A DNA stretch of 64,000 bases from Malacoraja senta (Eukaryota), in NCBI GenBank assembly GCA_038087875.1, contig CM075997.1, positions 4,962,001 through 5,026,000 of the forward strand, read 5' to 3'. This document shows, in pieces, positions 23,585 through 37,664 of the stretch (position 1 is the first letter of the stretch; each line of letters begins with the position of its first letter). Under the pieces are notes generated by a model, which made no database searches, was not told where the DNA came from, and was given only the letters and a program-made list of their open reading frames with translations. Position numbers and translations under genes: made by a program.

Positions 23585-24140
23585 GCACGGTGGGGCAGCG
23601 GTAGAGTTGCTGCCTCACAGCGCCAGAGACCCCGGTCCGATCCTGACCACAGGTGCTGTCTGCACAGAGTTTGTATGTTCTCCCCGTGACCCACGTGGGT
23701 TTTCTCTGGGATCTCCGGTTTCCATTTAGCCGGGTAGGCCATATAGAACAGAGATGAGGAAAAACGTTTTCACACGGAGAGTTGTGAGTCTGTGGAATTC
23801 TCTGCCTCAGAGGGCGGTGGAGGCAGGTTCTCTGGATACTTTCAAGAGAGAGCTTAGACAGAGCTCTCAAAGGCAGCAGAGTCAGGGGATATGGGGAGAA
23901 GGCAGGAACAGGGTATTGATTGTGGATGATCAGCCATGATCACATTGAATGGCGGTGCTGGCTCGAGGGGCCGAATGTCTATTGTCTATTGTCTCCTGCA
24001 CTCCAAGGACGTTCAGGTTTGTAGATTGGTTGGCTTGGTATAATTGTAAATTGTCTCTAGTGTGTGTAGGGTAGTGTTAGTGTACGGGGTGATCGCTGGT
24101 CGGTGGGCTGAAGGACCTGTTTCCGTGCAGTATGTCTAAA
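23585..24140 (+). mobile_element. V-type SINE split by a CR1 3' end (~23740-23995)
   Basis: SINE head and core at 23585-23722, remainder at 23995-24140. Confidence 0.82.
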
Positions 24141-24431
24141 ACAAAAGTAAACAGTTTGAGGCAGAGTGAGGGAGTAGGGTTGGTGCAGTACACACACCTC
24201 AGATAGGTGGAGCAGCAGAATCATAGCGTTGTACAGTAGGCAAACAGACCATTCGGCCCACAACATCCATACTACCTCTCTACACTGGTCCTACTTACCG
24301 ACATTATGTCTGCAGCCTCAGGCATATGGAGGAAGGCGGTAGGGGGAAGGTGAGCAACTTGATGGGCCGAATGGCCTAATTCTGCTCCTCTGTCTTATGG
24401 TCTTCTGTGCTGCAATAAGGCCAGATTTAAA

Positions 24432-24732
24432 GGCGCCACAATGGCACAGGAGTAGAGTTGCCGCCTTACAGCACCAGAGACCAGGGTTCAATCCTGACCA
24501 CGGGTGCTGTCTGTAGGGAGTTTGTACCTTCTCCCGCATGACCGCGTGGGTTTCCCCCGGGTGCTCCTGTTTCCTCACACACTCCAAAAACGTGCAGGTT
24601 TGTAGGATAATTGGCTTCGGTAAAGATTGTAAATTGTCCCTAGTGTGTGTAGGATAGTGTTAGTGAGCGGGGATCGCTGGTCGGCACGGATTCGGTGGGC
24701 CGAAGGGCCTGTTTCCGTGCTGCATCTCCAAA
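24432..24732 (+). mobile_element. V-type SINE
   Basis: B box, V core, GGGCCGAAGGGCCTGTTTCC tail. Confidence 0.85.
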
Positions 24733-24879
24733 CATGCTATAAATGTGGTACTGCCACAGCATTTAAAATATATTGGGACAGATACATGGATAGGAATGGT
24801 TTAGAGGGTAATGGGCCAAATGCAGTCAAATAGAGACTAATCTCTAAACTAAATATGACTGAAAGCAAAGTAATATTAA

Positions 24880-25622
24880 AGGTAGACAAAAATGCTGGAG
24901 AAACTCAGCGGGTGAGGCAGCATCTATGGAGCGAAGGAAGTAGGCAACGTTTCGGGTTGAAACCCTCCCTCAGACTGATGTGAGGGTGGGCGGGGGGGGA
25001 GGGGGGAAGAAGAGAAGAAAGGAAGAGGTGGAGACAGTGGGCTGAGGGAGAGCTGAGAAGGGGAGGAGAAAGTAAGGACTACCTGAAATTAGAGAAGTCA
25101 ATGTTCCTACCGCTGGGGTGCAAACTGCCCAAGCGGAATATGAGATGCTGCTCCTCCAATTTACGCTGGTCCTCACTCTGGTCATGGAGGAGGCCCAGGA
25201 CAGAAAGGTCGGATTCGGAATGGGAGGGGGAGTTGAAGTGCTGAGCCACCGGGAGATCAGGTGGCTCAGCACTTCAACTCCCGAACCGAGCGGAGGTGTT
25301 GGGCGAAGCGATCGCCAAGCCTACACTTGGTCTCACCGATGTAGAGCAGCTGACATCTAGAGCAGCGGATGCAATAGATGAGGTTGGAGGAGGTGCAGGT
25401 GAACCTCTGCCGCACCTGGAAATATTGCTTGGGTCCTTGAATGGAGTCAGGGGGGGGGGGAGTGTCGCATTTCCTGCGGTTGCAAGGGAAAGTGCCCGGA
25501 GAGGGGCTGGTTCGGGTGGGAAGGGACGAATTGACCAGGGAGTTACGGAGGGAGCAGTCTCTGCGGAAAGCGGACAGGGGAGGAGATGGGGAGATGTGGC
25601 CAGTGGTGGGGTCACGTTGTAA
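24880..25622 (-). mobile_element. PLE 3' fragment (Cys linker, GIY-YIG, pLTR)
   Basis: Homologous to 49428-50926; small internal fold-back at ~25230-25282. Confidence 0.88.
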
Positions 25623-26909
25623 TATTAAACATTACATTTAACATTTCTCTGGGAGTGACTTACTATTTAAGAGATCTTTTGATTTAAATTGAGCTTGAAC
25701 TCGCATGGTTTGATGTCATAAATATTGGTTACAAGGTCCTTCCGACATGGATTTCCAGCCTTGGTAATGGGGCTGTGACTTATTTGCAGCTAACTGCACA
25801 CTCCCACAATATTGCCACTCTCCTGCGCAACTAATCCTGAGCTCCCCTCCCATCCCTTCATGAGGCTACGGGGGGGGTATAAATCATTCAACAATGTGCA
25901 GCTGCACACCGCCCACCTCCCCGCACAGCTTTAGTTTACTTTAAATCCAAGATAGACACAAAAAGCTGGAGTAACTCAGCGGGACAGGCAGCATCTCCGG
26001 AGAGAAGGAATGGGTGACGTTTCGGGCCTAGACCTTTCTTCAGACTGAGAGTCACGGGAAAGGGAAACGAGAGATATGGACGATGATGTGGAGAGATATA
26101 GAACAAATGGATGAAACTTATGCAAAAAAGTAACGATGATAAAGGAAACAGGCCATCGTTAGCAGAAGAAGGGTCTCAACCCGAAATGTCACCTGTTCCT
26201 TCGCTCCAGAGTTTCTCCAGCATTTTTATCTACCTTAGGTCATTGTTAGCTGTTTGCTAGGTGTGAACAAAATGCTGGTGTGACTTGGGTGGGGGAGGCT
26301 TTGAGAGAGAGGGATTTGGAGGAGAGAACCCACAATTGTCCCTGCGTGACCTGCGTGGGTTTTCTCCGAGATCCGGGGTTTCCTCCCGCACTCATTCCTG
26401 TTTTCTGCAGTGGCGAAGCGGCAGACCTGCCACCATACAGCGCCAGAGACCTGAGTTCAATCCTGACTACGGGTGCTGCCTGGACGGAGTTTGCACGTTC
26501 TCCCCGTCACCTGTGTAGGTTTTCACCGAGATCTTCGGTTTCCTCCCACACTCCAAAGACGTGCAGGTTTGTAGGCTAATTGGCTTGGTAAATGTAAATT
26601 GTCCCTAGTGGGTGTAGGATAGTGTTAGTGTGCGGGGATCGCTGGTCAGTGGGGACTCTGTGGGTCGAAAGGCCTGTTTCCACGCTGTATCTCTAAAACT
26701 GAAGAAGGGGCTCGACCCGAAACGTCACCCATTCCTTCTCTCCAGGGATGCTGTAAAAAACGTTCCCTTGTGTGTATAGGATAGTGTTAATGAGCGGGGA
26801 TCGCTGGTCGGCGCAGACTCAATGGGCCAAAGGGCCTGTTTCCACGCTGTATCTCTAAACTAAACTAAAGAAAAATTGTCTGTTAAAATGTGAACAGGAG
26901 AAGGCTGCA

Positions 26910-27141
26910 AGAGTCAAGAGTGTTTTATTGTCATATGTTCCAGATAGAACAATGACATTCTTACTTGCAGCAGCACAACACAATATGTAAACATAGTACA
27001 CTGTAAACAGTATAATAAACGAGAAAGAAAAGTTCAGTGTGTGTGTATATGTGTATATGTATATATACACACATACTCACATATACATATACATACACAC
27101 ATACAGTACATATATATATATATATACATCAAAGATCGAAG

Positions 27142-27176
<35 letters not shown>

Positions 27177-27206
27177 CGTGTGTGTGTATATATATATGTG
27201 TGTATG

Positions 27207-27238
<32 letters not shown>

Positions 27239-27335
27239 TACTTACATATAAAAACAAACAAGCAATAACAGTGCAATAATAACAACAATAGTCTATGTAG
27301 TACAGAGCTTATTTGGAGGTTGTCGTGTTTAGTTG
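26910..27335 (-). mobile_element. Rex-like LINE 3'UTR containing a compound (TA)/(TG)/(CA) microsatellite (27036-27250)
   Basis: Minus-strand GACAATAAAACACTCTTGACTCTTG tail; dinucleotide runs. Confidence 0.7.
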
Positions 27336-27924
27336 CCTAATGACTTTAGAGAAGAAACTGATACCTTAACTCAGTCAATCCTTCACCTTGATCAGCAGGA
27401 CACAATCTCCAAATCCCAAAAGAGAGGTGAGAGGGGGGGGGGGGGGGGGGGGGGGATGGGGGGGATAAAAAAAGCATTTAATTTGTTTGTCCTAAACATA
27501 TTCATTTTGGAATAATATCAGGCGGATCTAAGTGGTTTTGCTGAAGCTCATAAATCGGTGGAGTCAGAGTGGGATCACCGCGCAGCTCAGCACAATCTGA
27601 ACCCATCCATCTTCCTGCTGAAGTTTAATTCTGAGGATTGAATCCCATGTGGGGCCGCGCAGTAATTCAATTTTATCCTCCCTGCTTTGCTCGGGTACGG
27701 GTCAATGGGAAAACATTTTTCTTCCTGACTGTCACCCGCCTCATTCCGAATGGTCAGTCAGATGCTCAGGGAACCATCCACTCTCCAGATTAAAATCACT
27801 GTTTGCGTTCTCGACCGGCCGATCTCCCTTGACGATGCTTGCCACCCCCAGCAAGCAGAGGGTCACCGCTGCGATTAGGATTCTCTGCTACAAAAACTAC
27901 GGCCCCATTGTGCGTCCCAGTCGT

Positions 27925-28580
27925 AGAGTCATTGTCTGGAAACAGGCCCTTCGGCCCAACTTGCCCACACCGGCCAACAATGTCCCAGCTATACTAGTCC
28001 CACCTGCCCGCGTTTGGCCCACATCCCTCCAAACCCGTCCTATCCATGAACTTGTCTAACTGTTTCTTAAACGTTGGCTCAACTACCTCCTCTGGCAGCT
28101 TGTTCCATACACCCACCACCCTTTGTGTGAAAAGGTTACCCCTCAGATTGCCATTCAATCTTTTCCCCTTCACCTTGAACCAATGTCCTCTGGTCCTCGA
28201 TTCACCTACTCTGGGCAAGAGACTCTCATGATTTTATACACTTCAATAAGATCACCCCTCATCCTCCTGTGCTCCATGGAATCAGTGAATCCAATCCCAG
28301 TGTACTCACCTTCTCCCTATAGCCCAGAACCTCGAGTCCTTGAACCTACATCCTCTGGTCCTCGATTCCCCTACTCTGGGCAAGAGACTCTGTGCATCTA
28401 CCCGATCTATTCCTCTCATGATTTTATACACCTCTATAAGATCAGCCCTCATCCTCCTGCGCTCCTGGGAATAGAGACCCAGCCTGCTCAACCTCTCCCT
28501 GTAGCGCACACCCTCTAGTCCTGGCAACATCCTCGTGAATATCCTCTGAACCCTTTCAAGCTTGACAATATCTTTCCCAG
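27925..28580 (-). mobile_element. CR1 3' region with an internal duplication
   Basis: KDIVKLERVQRIFTRMLPGLEG..; the segment around TCCTCTGGTCCTCGATT occurs twice. Confidence 0.85.
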
Positions 28581-29736
28581 AACAAGGTGAATATAACCTT
28601 CTCCCTGGACTTGTGACTGCCTCCATATTGAGACCAGAGGCTCCCGCCTACTCAGTCTGTATAGTTTGTGTGAAACTGATGAGCTGTTCACCCTTCTCAG
28701 AAGGAACTGCAGATGCTAGTAGAAACATATAAAAGTCTTAGGGGATTGGACAGGAAAAAATGTTCCCGATGTTGAGGGAGTCCAGAACCAACGGTTTAAG
28801 AATAAGGTAGACAAAAATGCTGGAGAAACTCAGCGGGTGAGGCAGCATCTATGGAGCGAAGGAAATAGGCAACGTTTCGGGTCGAGACCCTTCTTCAGAC
28901 TGGTGTGGGGGTGGGGGGGGGGCGGTAAGAAGAAAGGAAGAGGCGGAGAGTGGGCTGAGGGAGAGCTGGGAAGGGGAGGGGAAGGGGGGAGAAAGCAGGG
29001 ACTACCTGAAATTGGAGACGTCAATGTTCATACCGCTGGGGTGTAAACTACCCAAGCGAAATATGAGGTGCTGCTCCTCCAATTTGCGGTGGGACTCACT
29101 GTGGCCACGGAGGAGGCCCAGGACAGTATGTGCGCCAATCCCCCTTTGTTCTCCCCCACCGCCCCACCACCTCCTCCCCCTCCCTCATGCCCCCCTCCCC
29201 CTCCCTCACGCCCCACCCTCCATTGTTCCTTCCTTCCTTACACAGAAGCGCGAAAACACACACCTCCAGATTCAGGGACCGTTTCTTCCGAGCTATTATC
29301 AGGCAACCGAACCATCCTACCAACACCTAGTAAGTGGGCCTGAGCTGCCATCTCCCTCACTGGAGACCCTCGGACTAGCTTTATCATAATGCCCAACCCA
29401 AGATTTTTTCCCCAGCACTATTATCGAACCTTTGACGTCTGCAAACTTTCTCAATTGCTCGCCGCCTGTTTAAAATGTAGCCAGAACAAAATTACAATTA
29501 TTAAAAAATGAAAATTAAATAACTGGCAAAACACATACACTCAGAAATAATTAAAGTTGTTTAAGCTATCAATTAAATCGAGTTAAAAATCCCCACTCAT
29601 CCTTCTCCCACAAGAGAGAAGTCAAGAGTGTTTAGTTGTCATATGGTTCAGGACAGAACAATGACATGATACTTGCTACAGCTTCACCCGCCCATTAATG
29701 CAGCATCGCCACAAATAAACATAGAATAATCAGTAA

Positions 29737-31140
29737 TAGAAACATAGGAAATAGGTGCAGGAGGAGGCCATTCAGCCCTTCGAACCAGCACCGCCATTCA
29801 ATAACGGAATCTAGGGATATGGGGAAAAAGCAGGAACGGGGCACTGATTATGGATGATCAGCCATGATCATATTGAATGGTGGTGCTGGCTCGAAGGGCC
29901 GAATGGCCTACTCCTGCACCTATTTTCTATGTTTCTATATTTCTATGATCATCATCGAATATCAGTACCCCGTTCCTGCTTTCTCCCCATATCCCTTGAT
30001 TCCGTTAGCCCGAAGAGCTAAATCTAACTCTCTCTTGAAAACATCCAGTGAATTGGCCTCCACTGCCTTCTGCGACAGAGAATTCCACAGATTCACAACT
30101 CTCTGGGTGAAAAGGTTTTTCCTCATCTCGGTCCTAAATTCCCTACCCCTTTTTTTTAAACTGTGACCCCTAGTTCTGGACTCCCCCAACATCAGGAACA
30201 TTTTTATTTATAATACAACAAATGATCAGTTGTACTAACCAGTTATACTAGGTTTATGTATACTAGTTATCAGTTATACTAGGTATATAGGTTCTATTAG
30301 GTATACTAGTTATCTAGGCTATACTAGGTATACTAAGTTTATACCAAAGAAGGGTCTGAAGAAGGGTCTCGACCCAAAACGTCACCCATTCCTTCTTTCC
30401 GAATGGCCTACTCCTGCATTGTCTATTGTCTATTGTCTCCAGAGACGTTGCCTGTCCCTCTGAGTTACTCCAGCTTTTTGTGTCTATCTTAGGTTTATGC
30501 CAAAGATAGACACAAAGTGGTGGAATAATTCCGTGGGCCAGGCAGCATCTCTGGTGAAAAAGGAAAGGTTGACGTTTCATGTCGGGACCCTTCTTCAGAC
30601 TGGAAGTGGAGGGGAACGAGCTGGAGGTAGGAAAAGGCCAGAACAAAGCAGGGCTGGCAGCAGATGACCAAGGAAAGGTGGAGCCCACCATGGCCCATAG
30701 TTGGCTGGGGAAGAGGTGATAATGAGAGGGACACTGGGATACCTGAAGGAATTCTTAAATCCTTAAATTCTTCAGGGATTGGACTGGCTAGATGCAGGAA
30801 AAATGTTCCCGATGTTGGGGGGAGTCCAGAACCAGGGGTCACAGTTTAAGAATAAGGGCTAGGGAATTTAGGACTGAGATGAGGAAAAACCTTTTCACCC
30901 AGAGCGTTGTGAATCTGTGGAATTCTCTGCCGCAGAAGGCAGTGGAGGCCAATTGACCGGATGTTTTCAAGAGAGATTAGATTTAGCTCTTAGGGCTAAA
31001 GGAATCAGAGGATATGGGGAGAAGGCAGGAACGGGGTACTGATTTTGGATGATCAGCCATGAACATATTGAATGGTGGTGCTGGTTCGAAGGGCCGAATG
31101 GCCTACTCCTGCACACATTTTCTATGTTTCTATGTTTTTA
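29737..31140. mobile_element. Cluster of CR1 3' ends (inverted pair 29962-30201 minus, ~30765-31140 plus) with pLTR pieces and TATACTAG-like low-complexity runs
   Basis: FRTEMRKNLFTQRVVNLWNSL on both strands. Confidence 0.8.
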
Positions 31141-31834
31141 TGCGAACAGTGGAACTAGGTGGATGACTCCGGTGGGGGGCTGGGTTACTAGGTGTATATA
31201 TACTAGGTATACTAGGTTATACCAGGTATACCAGGTATACTAGCTAAGTTAAGAGTGCAAACCAAAGTACGTGATGTAACCTAAACACAGTCCATAGCGA
31301 TTCATTGTTGAGGCTGTCAATTGATATTTTTAAGGCAGAGATGGATAGATTCTTGATTAGTACGGGTGTCAGAGGTTATGAGGAGAAGGCAGGAGAATGG
31401 GGTTAGGAGGGAGAGACAGAATCAGCAGTCTGAAGAAGGGACTCGACCCAAAACGTCACCTATTCCTTCGCTCCATAGATGCTGCCTCACCCGTTGAGTT
31501 TCTCCAGCATTTTAGTCTACCTTTGATCAGCCAGGATTGAATGGTGGAGTAGACTTGATGGGCTGAATGGCTTAATTCTGCTCCTATCACTTATGAACCT
31601 ATGACCTTGTTTCCTCAAAATAAAAAATAGAGTCAGATTCAAAGTAAAATTAGCTGCTGAAAATTAATTATCCCTGATGCTGCTGACGGATGGGGGAGGC
31701 ATTTTAAGGCATTTTAATTTCCTTAATAGCAAAACAGCTACAATGATAAGGAGTTTTGCTGTCAACCGGAATTAGAGGAGGTGAAGTATATACAGTGGAC
31801 ATTACTAAAGCCTGCAGTAAGTCTCATGGTCACT

Positions 31835-33058
31835 TTGTCTGACAAATCAGATCAATTTTCCAAAATATGGTCTCCTTTCATTGAATTTCTTCAACAACAT
31901 AATGGTTGAACACAAATTCAAAACCGACGCTAGGGTTGGGTGAGCGGGTGTAGGGTATATATCTCTGCTTTTTTTTTTCCCCCCACATCGGTGGGCGGCA
32001 CGACTCGTTTGCAGCGGCCTCTGCAGTCCGTCTGTCTTTTATTATTTTTGTCTCGTTTTTATGTAGTTTTTTATTATTTTTTTGTCGGGGTATGTGTGTA
32101 GGGGGGTGGGGGTGGGGGGACTTTAAAATCTTTCCCCTGCACGGGAGACCCGGCCTTTTCTTTGTCGGGTCTCCGTTGTCGTTGGGGCTGGGCAACGTGG
32201 AGCGGCCTCCAGCAGGAACGACCTGGGGCTCCAGTTGTGGAGCTGCGGACTACTCACCGTCGCGGGGCTGGCCGAGTCCGGAACGGGTGGAGCTGTGGTG
32301 GAGACAATCGCTGCTGCGACCCGACCCCCGGAGATTCGGAGGCTACAACCGCGGGTCTGGCGGACGGCAACACCGGAAGCCCGCGGGTCCCCTGGTGGGA
32401 GACCGCTTTTCGGGGCTTCCGCAGCGGCGACTTCTCCCGCCCGAGTTGCGGGGTTGAAGAGCACCTGGAGCGGGGCTTTATCCCCCCGCGCGGCTTGGAA
32501 TGGCCGCCGGACTTTGCGAGCGCGCGCCGGGGCTCTAACACCAAGACCCGGTGCGCGACCCTTGCATCACCCGGCGTGGGTTTAATGGCCGCGGGATAAT
32601 CACCATCGCCCGCCGGGGGCTTTGACTTTGACTCTGACATCGGGGGGGGGGGGGGAGTGCAGTGGAAAGATACATTTTTTTGCCTTCTATCACAGCGCTG
32701 TGATGGATGTATGTGTAAATTGTGTTGTGTCTCGGGTCTTCTTCGTTTTGTAATGTATGGCTGCAGAAACGACATTTCGTTTGGACCTCAAGGGGTCCAA
32801 ATGACAAATTTGTCCAAAAGACAAATAAATTGTATTGTATTGTATTGTATCTTCGTTAGTTCTGGGGTTTTTCTTCTTTCTTTCTCGTATCTTTCTTCTT
32901 CCTTTCCTTTCTTTCCTTTTTTCTTTTTTTTCCGATTCACTTATTAGTTTATAAAATGTTAAAACTGAAGCCGTACGAAAATTGTATCATTGTTATGTCG
33001 ATTACTTTCTCCTTGTACAATTGCTTCTAATAAAATATATATTACCCAAAAAGAAAAG
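31835..33058 (+). mobile_element. L1/Tx1-like 3' end interrupted by an ~860-bp element
   Basis: LSDKSDQFSKIWSPFIEFLQQHNG* (L1-type C-terminus), T-rich UTR, AATAAA and A-rich tail at ~33030-33058. Confidence 0.55.
31993..32850 (+). mobile_element. GC-rich non-autonomous retroelement with Rex-like stem-loop and (TATTG)n tail
   Basis: TTTGGACC-TCAAGG-GGTCCAAA hairpin, AATAAA, (TGTAT)n; no RT. Confidence 0.65.
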
Positions 33059-33540
33059 TCTCATGGACACGTCTCAGAGATGGAGACTCCTTCACAGTAC
33101 TTCCAACGAACGGAACAGTGGCGCAGCAGTAGAGATGCTCACAGTGAGGAATGTGGAGGAGTCACTGTGGTGGATGTTTATGTTAAAATGTATTTTGTGT
33201 GTTCTGTGGCTTTTTATTGGCATGACTGTATGGCAAATGAAATACCTCGTTTGTTGCAAAACATACTTGGCTAATAAAGTATTATTGGATTGGATTGTAT
33301 TAGTGGGGTTTAAGACCCTTTTGGATAGGCACATGGATATGCAGGGTTTGGAGAGAAATGGATCGGGTACAGATAAAGAATGGATTAGTTTAACTTGGCA
33401 TTACATTTTCATAAGTTTATAAGTGATGAAAGTGGCATTTAAGAGGCTTTAACATGGGCACGTGATGTGCAGGGAATGGAGGAATATAGATAATTTGCCA
33501 GCAGATGAGATTAGTTTAACTTGGCATCATGTTCAGTACA

Positions 33541-34077
33541 GTCAAGGAGGACTCTCTCTAACCTCTACAGGTGCACAGTAGAGAGCATGCTGACCGGTTG
33601 CATCGTGGCTTGGTTCGGCAACTTGAGCGCCCTGGAGAGGAAAAGACTACAGAAAGTAGTAAACACTGCCCAGTCCATCATCGGCTCTGACCTCCCTTCC
33701 ATCGAGGGGATCTATCGCAGTCGCTGCCTCATAAAAGGCTGGCAGCATCATCAAGGACCCACACCATCCTGGCCACACTCTCATCTCCCTACTGCCCAGG
33801 TAGAAGGTACAGGAGCCTGAAGACTGCAACGACCAGGTTCAGGAATAGCTACTTCCCCACAGCCATCAGGCTATTAAACCTGGCTCGGACAAAACACTGA
33901 ACTTTATTAGCCAATTAACTGTTATTTGCACTTTATCAGTATATTGATTCATGTGTGTATATATTTATAGAATGCCTTGTAGTCAATGTCTACTATATTC
34001 TGTTGTGTTGAAGCAAAGCAAGAATTTCATTGTCCTATCAGGGACACATGACAATAAACTCACTTGACACTTGACTT
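33541..34077 (+). mobile_element. Rex1/Babar-like LINE 3' end, (CTTGA) tail
   Basis: [27 protein letters not shown]..; near-identical to 56737-56861. Confidence 0.88.
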
Positions 34078-35402
34078 GACATTGTGGGCCGAAGGGCCTG
34101 TTCCTGTGCTGTACTGTTCTATGTTCTATGTTCCATGAAATAACAAAGGGATTAGAGGGGAACTTGATAGCATGGACACGATGGGCTGAAGGGCCTGTTT
34201 CTGTGCTGGATAAACTCTATGGTTCATAAGATCATAAGTGATAGGAGCAGAATTAGGCCATTCGGCCCATCATGTCTGCTCTGCCATTCAATCATTGGCT
34301 GATCTATCTCTCCCTCCTAACCCCATTCTCCTGCCTTCTCCCCATAACCCCTGACATCCGTACTGATCAAGAATCTATCCATCTCTGGCTTAAAAATATG
34401 AATTAACATGGCCTCCACAGTCTTCCGTGGAAAAGAATTCCACTGAATGTTCGGCACAGACATCGTGAGTCAAAGGTACAATTCTGGTGTAGAAAAGGAC
34501 TGCAGTATTGTATGACTGCGGTTTTTATTTGTGACTGCATTATCCAAGCCTTTAATCCTGTCGGAAGTAGTTTGAGGATTCACACCACAGCGTCAGTCAT
34601 CGAAGAAGGAATTAATATATCAGGGTCATCTAATACTCGTATTTATTCAGAAAGGAAACAAAATTATAAACAGCAATTAGAATATCAGTGGCAATTTCCT
34701 TTCTGCACCACAGCGAGATTCCCGAATTCTGATTTAGTCCAAATCTCCTTTCCAGAAAGCAAGTTGCAGTTGTTCAAGTCAAGATGCGCAGCGGTAGAGT
34801 TGCTGCCTCACAGCGCCAGAGACCCGGGTTCCATCCTGACTACGGGTGCTGTCTGTACGGAGTTTGTACGTTCTCCCCGTGACCCGCGTGGGTTTTCTCC
34901 TCGTGCCCCGGTTTCCCCCCACAGTTTGTTGTTTAATTGGCTCCTGGAATTGTCCGTGGCGTGTCGGATAGAACTAGCGTACGGGGAGATTACTGGTCGG
35001 CGTGGAGCCGTGGGCCGAAGGGCCTGTTTCCACGATGGATCTCACAAACTAATCTAAACGAAGTGAGGTGATGGAAGGCAGTGATGGGATGCAAGCCACG
35101 TGGCGCATCCCGGGCAATGCTGATGACAGAAACTGTACCACAGTGACTGACTGAAGTAGCCAATTCTGCAACCACCGACCGTCAACCGTCACTGACCGAC
35201 CGGAAAGACATGATATGGAAGATGGCCGGACACGAGGAAGAAGAAGAAGAAGGCAGTGATTAGGTTCAGTGAGGTTGGAAGAGGTGTGCCTTGTGTGCTG
35301 TTTACAGTCGTGGTCACCACTCTAGAGGAATGATGTGATAGCAGGAAAGATCAAGAGCAGGAAGGTGATAGTGAAACGGTAGACAACAACTCAGGTACAG
35401 TA

Positions 35403-36116
35403 CACAAAAAAGCTGGAGAAACTCAGCGGGTGCAGCAGCATCTATGGAGCGAAGGAAATAGGTAACGTTTCGGGCCGAAACCCTTCCTCAGACTGATAGG
35501 GGGTGGGGAGAAGAAAGGAAAAAAGGAAAAAGGCGGAGGAGGAGCCCGAGGGCTGGGGGAGGGGAGGAGACAACCAGATGGCTGATGAAGGGGAGGGGAC
35601 AGCAAGGGCTAGCAGAATTGGGAGAATTCAATGTTCAAGCCCCCAGGATGTAGACTGCCCAAGCGGAATATGAGGTGCATTTCCTCCAATTTGCGGTGTT
35701 GCTCGCTGTGGCCATGGAGGAGACCCAGGACAGAGAGGTCAGATACGGAATGGGAGGGGGAGTTGAAGTGCTGAGCCACCGGGAGTTCAGGTTGGTTATT
35801 GCGGACCGACCGGAGGTGTTCGGCGAAACGATCGCCAAGCCTCCGCTTGGTCTCACCGATGTAGATCAGCTGGCATCTAGAGCAGCGAATGCAATAGATG
35901 AGGTTGGAGGAGATGCAGGTGAACCTCTGTCGCACCTGGAACGACTGCTTGGGTCCTTGAATGGAGTAGAGGGGGGAGGTGAAGGGACAAGGGACACTTG
36001 TCCCTTCACCTCCCCCCTCTACTCCATTCCTTCGCTCCATAGATGCTGCTGCACCCGCTGAGTTTCTCCAGCTTTTTTGTGTACCTTCGATTTTCCAGCA
36101 TCTGCAGTTCCTTCTT
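35403..36116 (-). mobile_element. PLE with inverted 5' segment
   Basis: GIY-YIG ORF 35609-35990; fold-back and plus-strand pLTR tail at 35993-36116; 16-bp TSD CAACTCAGGTACAGTA at 35387-35402 and 36117-36132. Confidence 0.92.
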
Positions 36117-36176
36117 CAACTCAGGTACAGTATCCACTTCACCACACTAGAGGAAGAACACAAAGGAGACGATAAA

Positions 36177-36489
36177 CTTTAGAATTTAGAGATACAGCAC
36201 GGAAACAGGCCCTTCGGCCCACCGAGTCCGCGCCGACTAGCGATCACCCGTACACTAACACCACACCACACTACACAGTAGAGATCATTTATAATTTTAC
36301 CGAAGCCAATTAACCTACAAACCCGCACGTCTTTGGAGTGTGGGATGAAACCGGAGCACCCGGAGTAAACCCACGCAGGTCACGGGGAGAGCGTACAAAC
36401 TCTGTACAGACGGCACCCGTAGTCAGGATTGAACCCGGGACTCTGGCGGTGTGAGGCAGCAACTCTACCGCTGCGCCACCGTGCCGCCC
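36177..36489 (-). mobile_element. V-type SINE, full length
   Basis: GGGCGGCACGGTGGCGCAGCGGTAG head, B box, V core, tail. Confidence 0.9.
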
Positions 36490-36602
36490 AAGACTGTTGC
36501 AAGAGGAAAGATTGATTGGACCGGGTTGCTCCAGAGGAGGTTGAAAGGTCAGCATCAGCATCAGCATCAGTTTTATTCGTCACTTGCACATAAAGTGCAA
36601 GT

Positions 36603-37311
36603 CACCAGTCATTGAAAGTAGGCATGCAGGTGCAGCAGGCAGTGAAGAAAGCCAATGGTATGTTAGCTTTCATAGCAAAAGGATTTGAGTATAGGAGCAG
36701 GGAGGTTCTACTGCAGTTGTACAGGGTCTTGGTGAGACCACACCTGGAGTATTGCGTACAGTTTTGGTCTCCAAATCTGAGGAAGGACATTATTGCCATA
36801 GAGGGAGTGCAGAGAAGGTTCACCAGACTGATTCCTGGGATGTCAGGACTGTCTTATGAAGAAAGACTGGATAGACTTGGTTTATACTCTCTAGAAATTA
36901 GGAGATTGAGAGGGGATCTTATAGAAACGTACAAAATTCTTAAGGGGTTGGACAGGCTAGATGCAGGAAGATTGCTCCCGATGTTGGGGAAGTCCAGGAC
37001 AAGGGGTCACAGCTTAAGGATAAGGGGGAAATCCTTTAAAACCGAGATGAGAAGAACTTTTTTCACACAGAGAGTGGTGAATCTGTGGAACTCTCTGCCA
37101 CAGAGGGTAGTCGAGGCCAGTTCATTGGCTATATTTAAGAGGGAGTTAGATGTGGCCCTTGTGGCTAAAGGGATCAGAGGGTATGGAGAGAAGGCAGGTA
37201 CGGGATACTGAGTTGGATGATCAGCCATGATCATATTGAATGGCGGTGCAGGCTCGAAGGGCCGAATGGCCTACTCCTGCACCTAATTTCTATGTTTCTA
37301 TGTTTCTATGT
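36603..37311 (+). mobile_element. Young CR1 3' end (uninterrupted 199-aa ORF2 C-terminus) inserted in a Rex-like tail stub (36549-36602)
   Basis: ORF 36612-37211; (CTATGTTT)3 tail; AAGT duplication at 36599-36602 and 37312-37315. Confidence 0.93.
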
Positions 37312-37664
37312 AAGTGAAATGGATTTGGAGGATTTTGGAGTTTGGAGGATTCAAACAGATTGGATGAAGAATTGCTAACATTGTCCATGCCGATCAAGTC
37401 ATCCAACTGAGAGAGTCCCTCTTGCCCGCGTCTGGCCCATATCCCAACAAAGACCTCCTTTTCATGCACCAATCCATCCTTCTTTGAAATGTTGCAATTG
37501 CATCCACCTTTATCGCTTTGTCTGACAGCATGTTCCAGATACTCACCACCCTCTGTGTGGTATCCAGCAGTGCAGGACAGATAGACAGCGTTAACGTTTC
37601 ATGTGGACCTTTCATCAGGATCTGCTGACTGGCTGAATGTCTCCAGCAGTGAAACTTTCATTTT

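Noticed and set aside
27034..27288. Overlapping Tyr/Ile/Cys/Val ORFs
   Set aside because: Dinucleotide microsatellite.
35150..35252. RTE-like LINE 3' end with (GAA)n tail
   Set aside because: Suggestive tail only; too short and degenerate to support.
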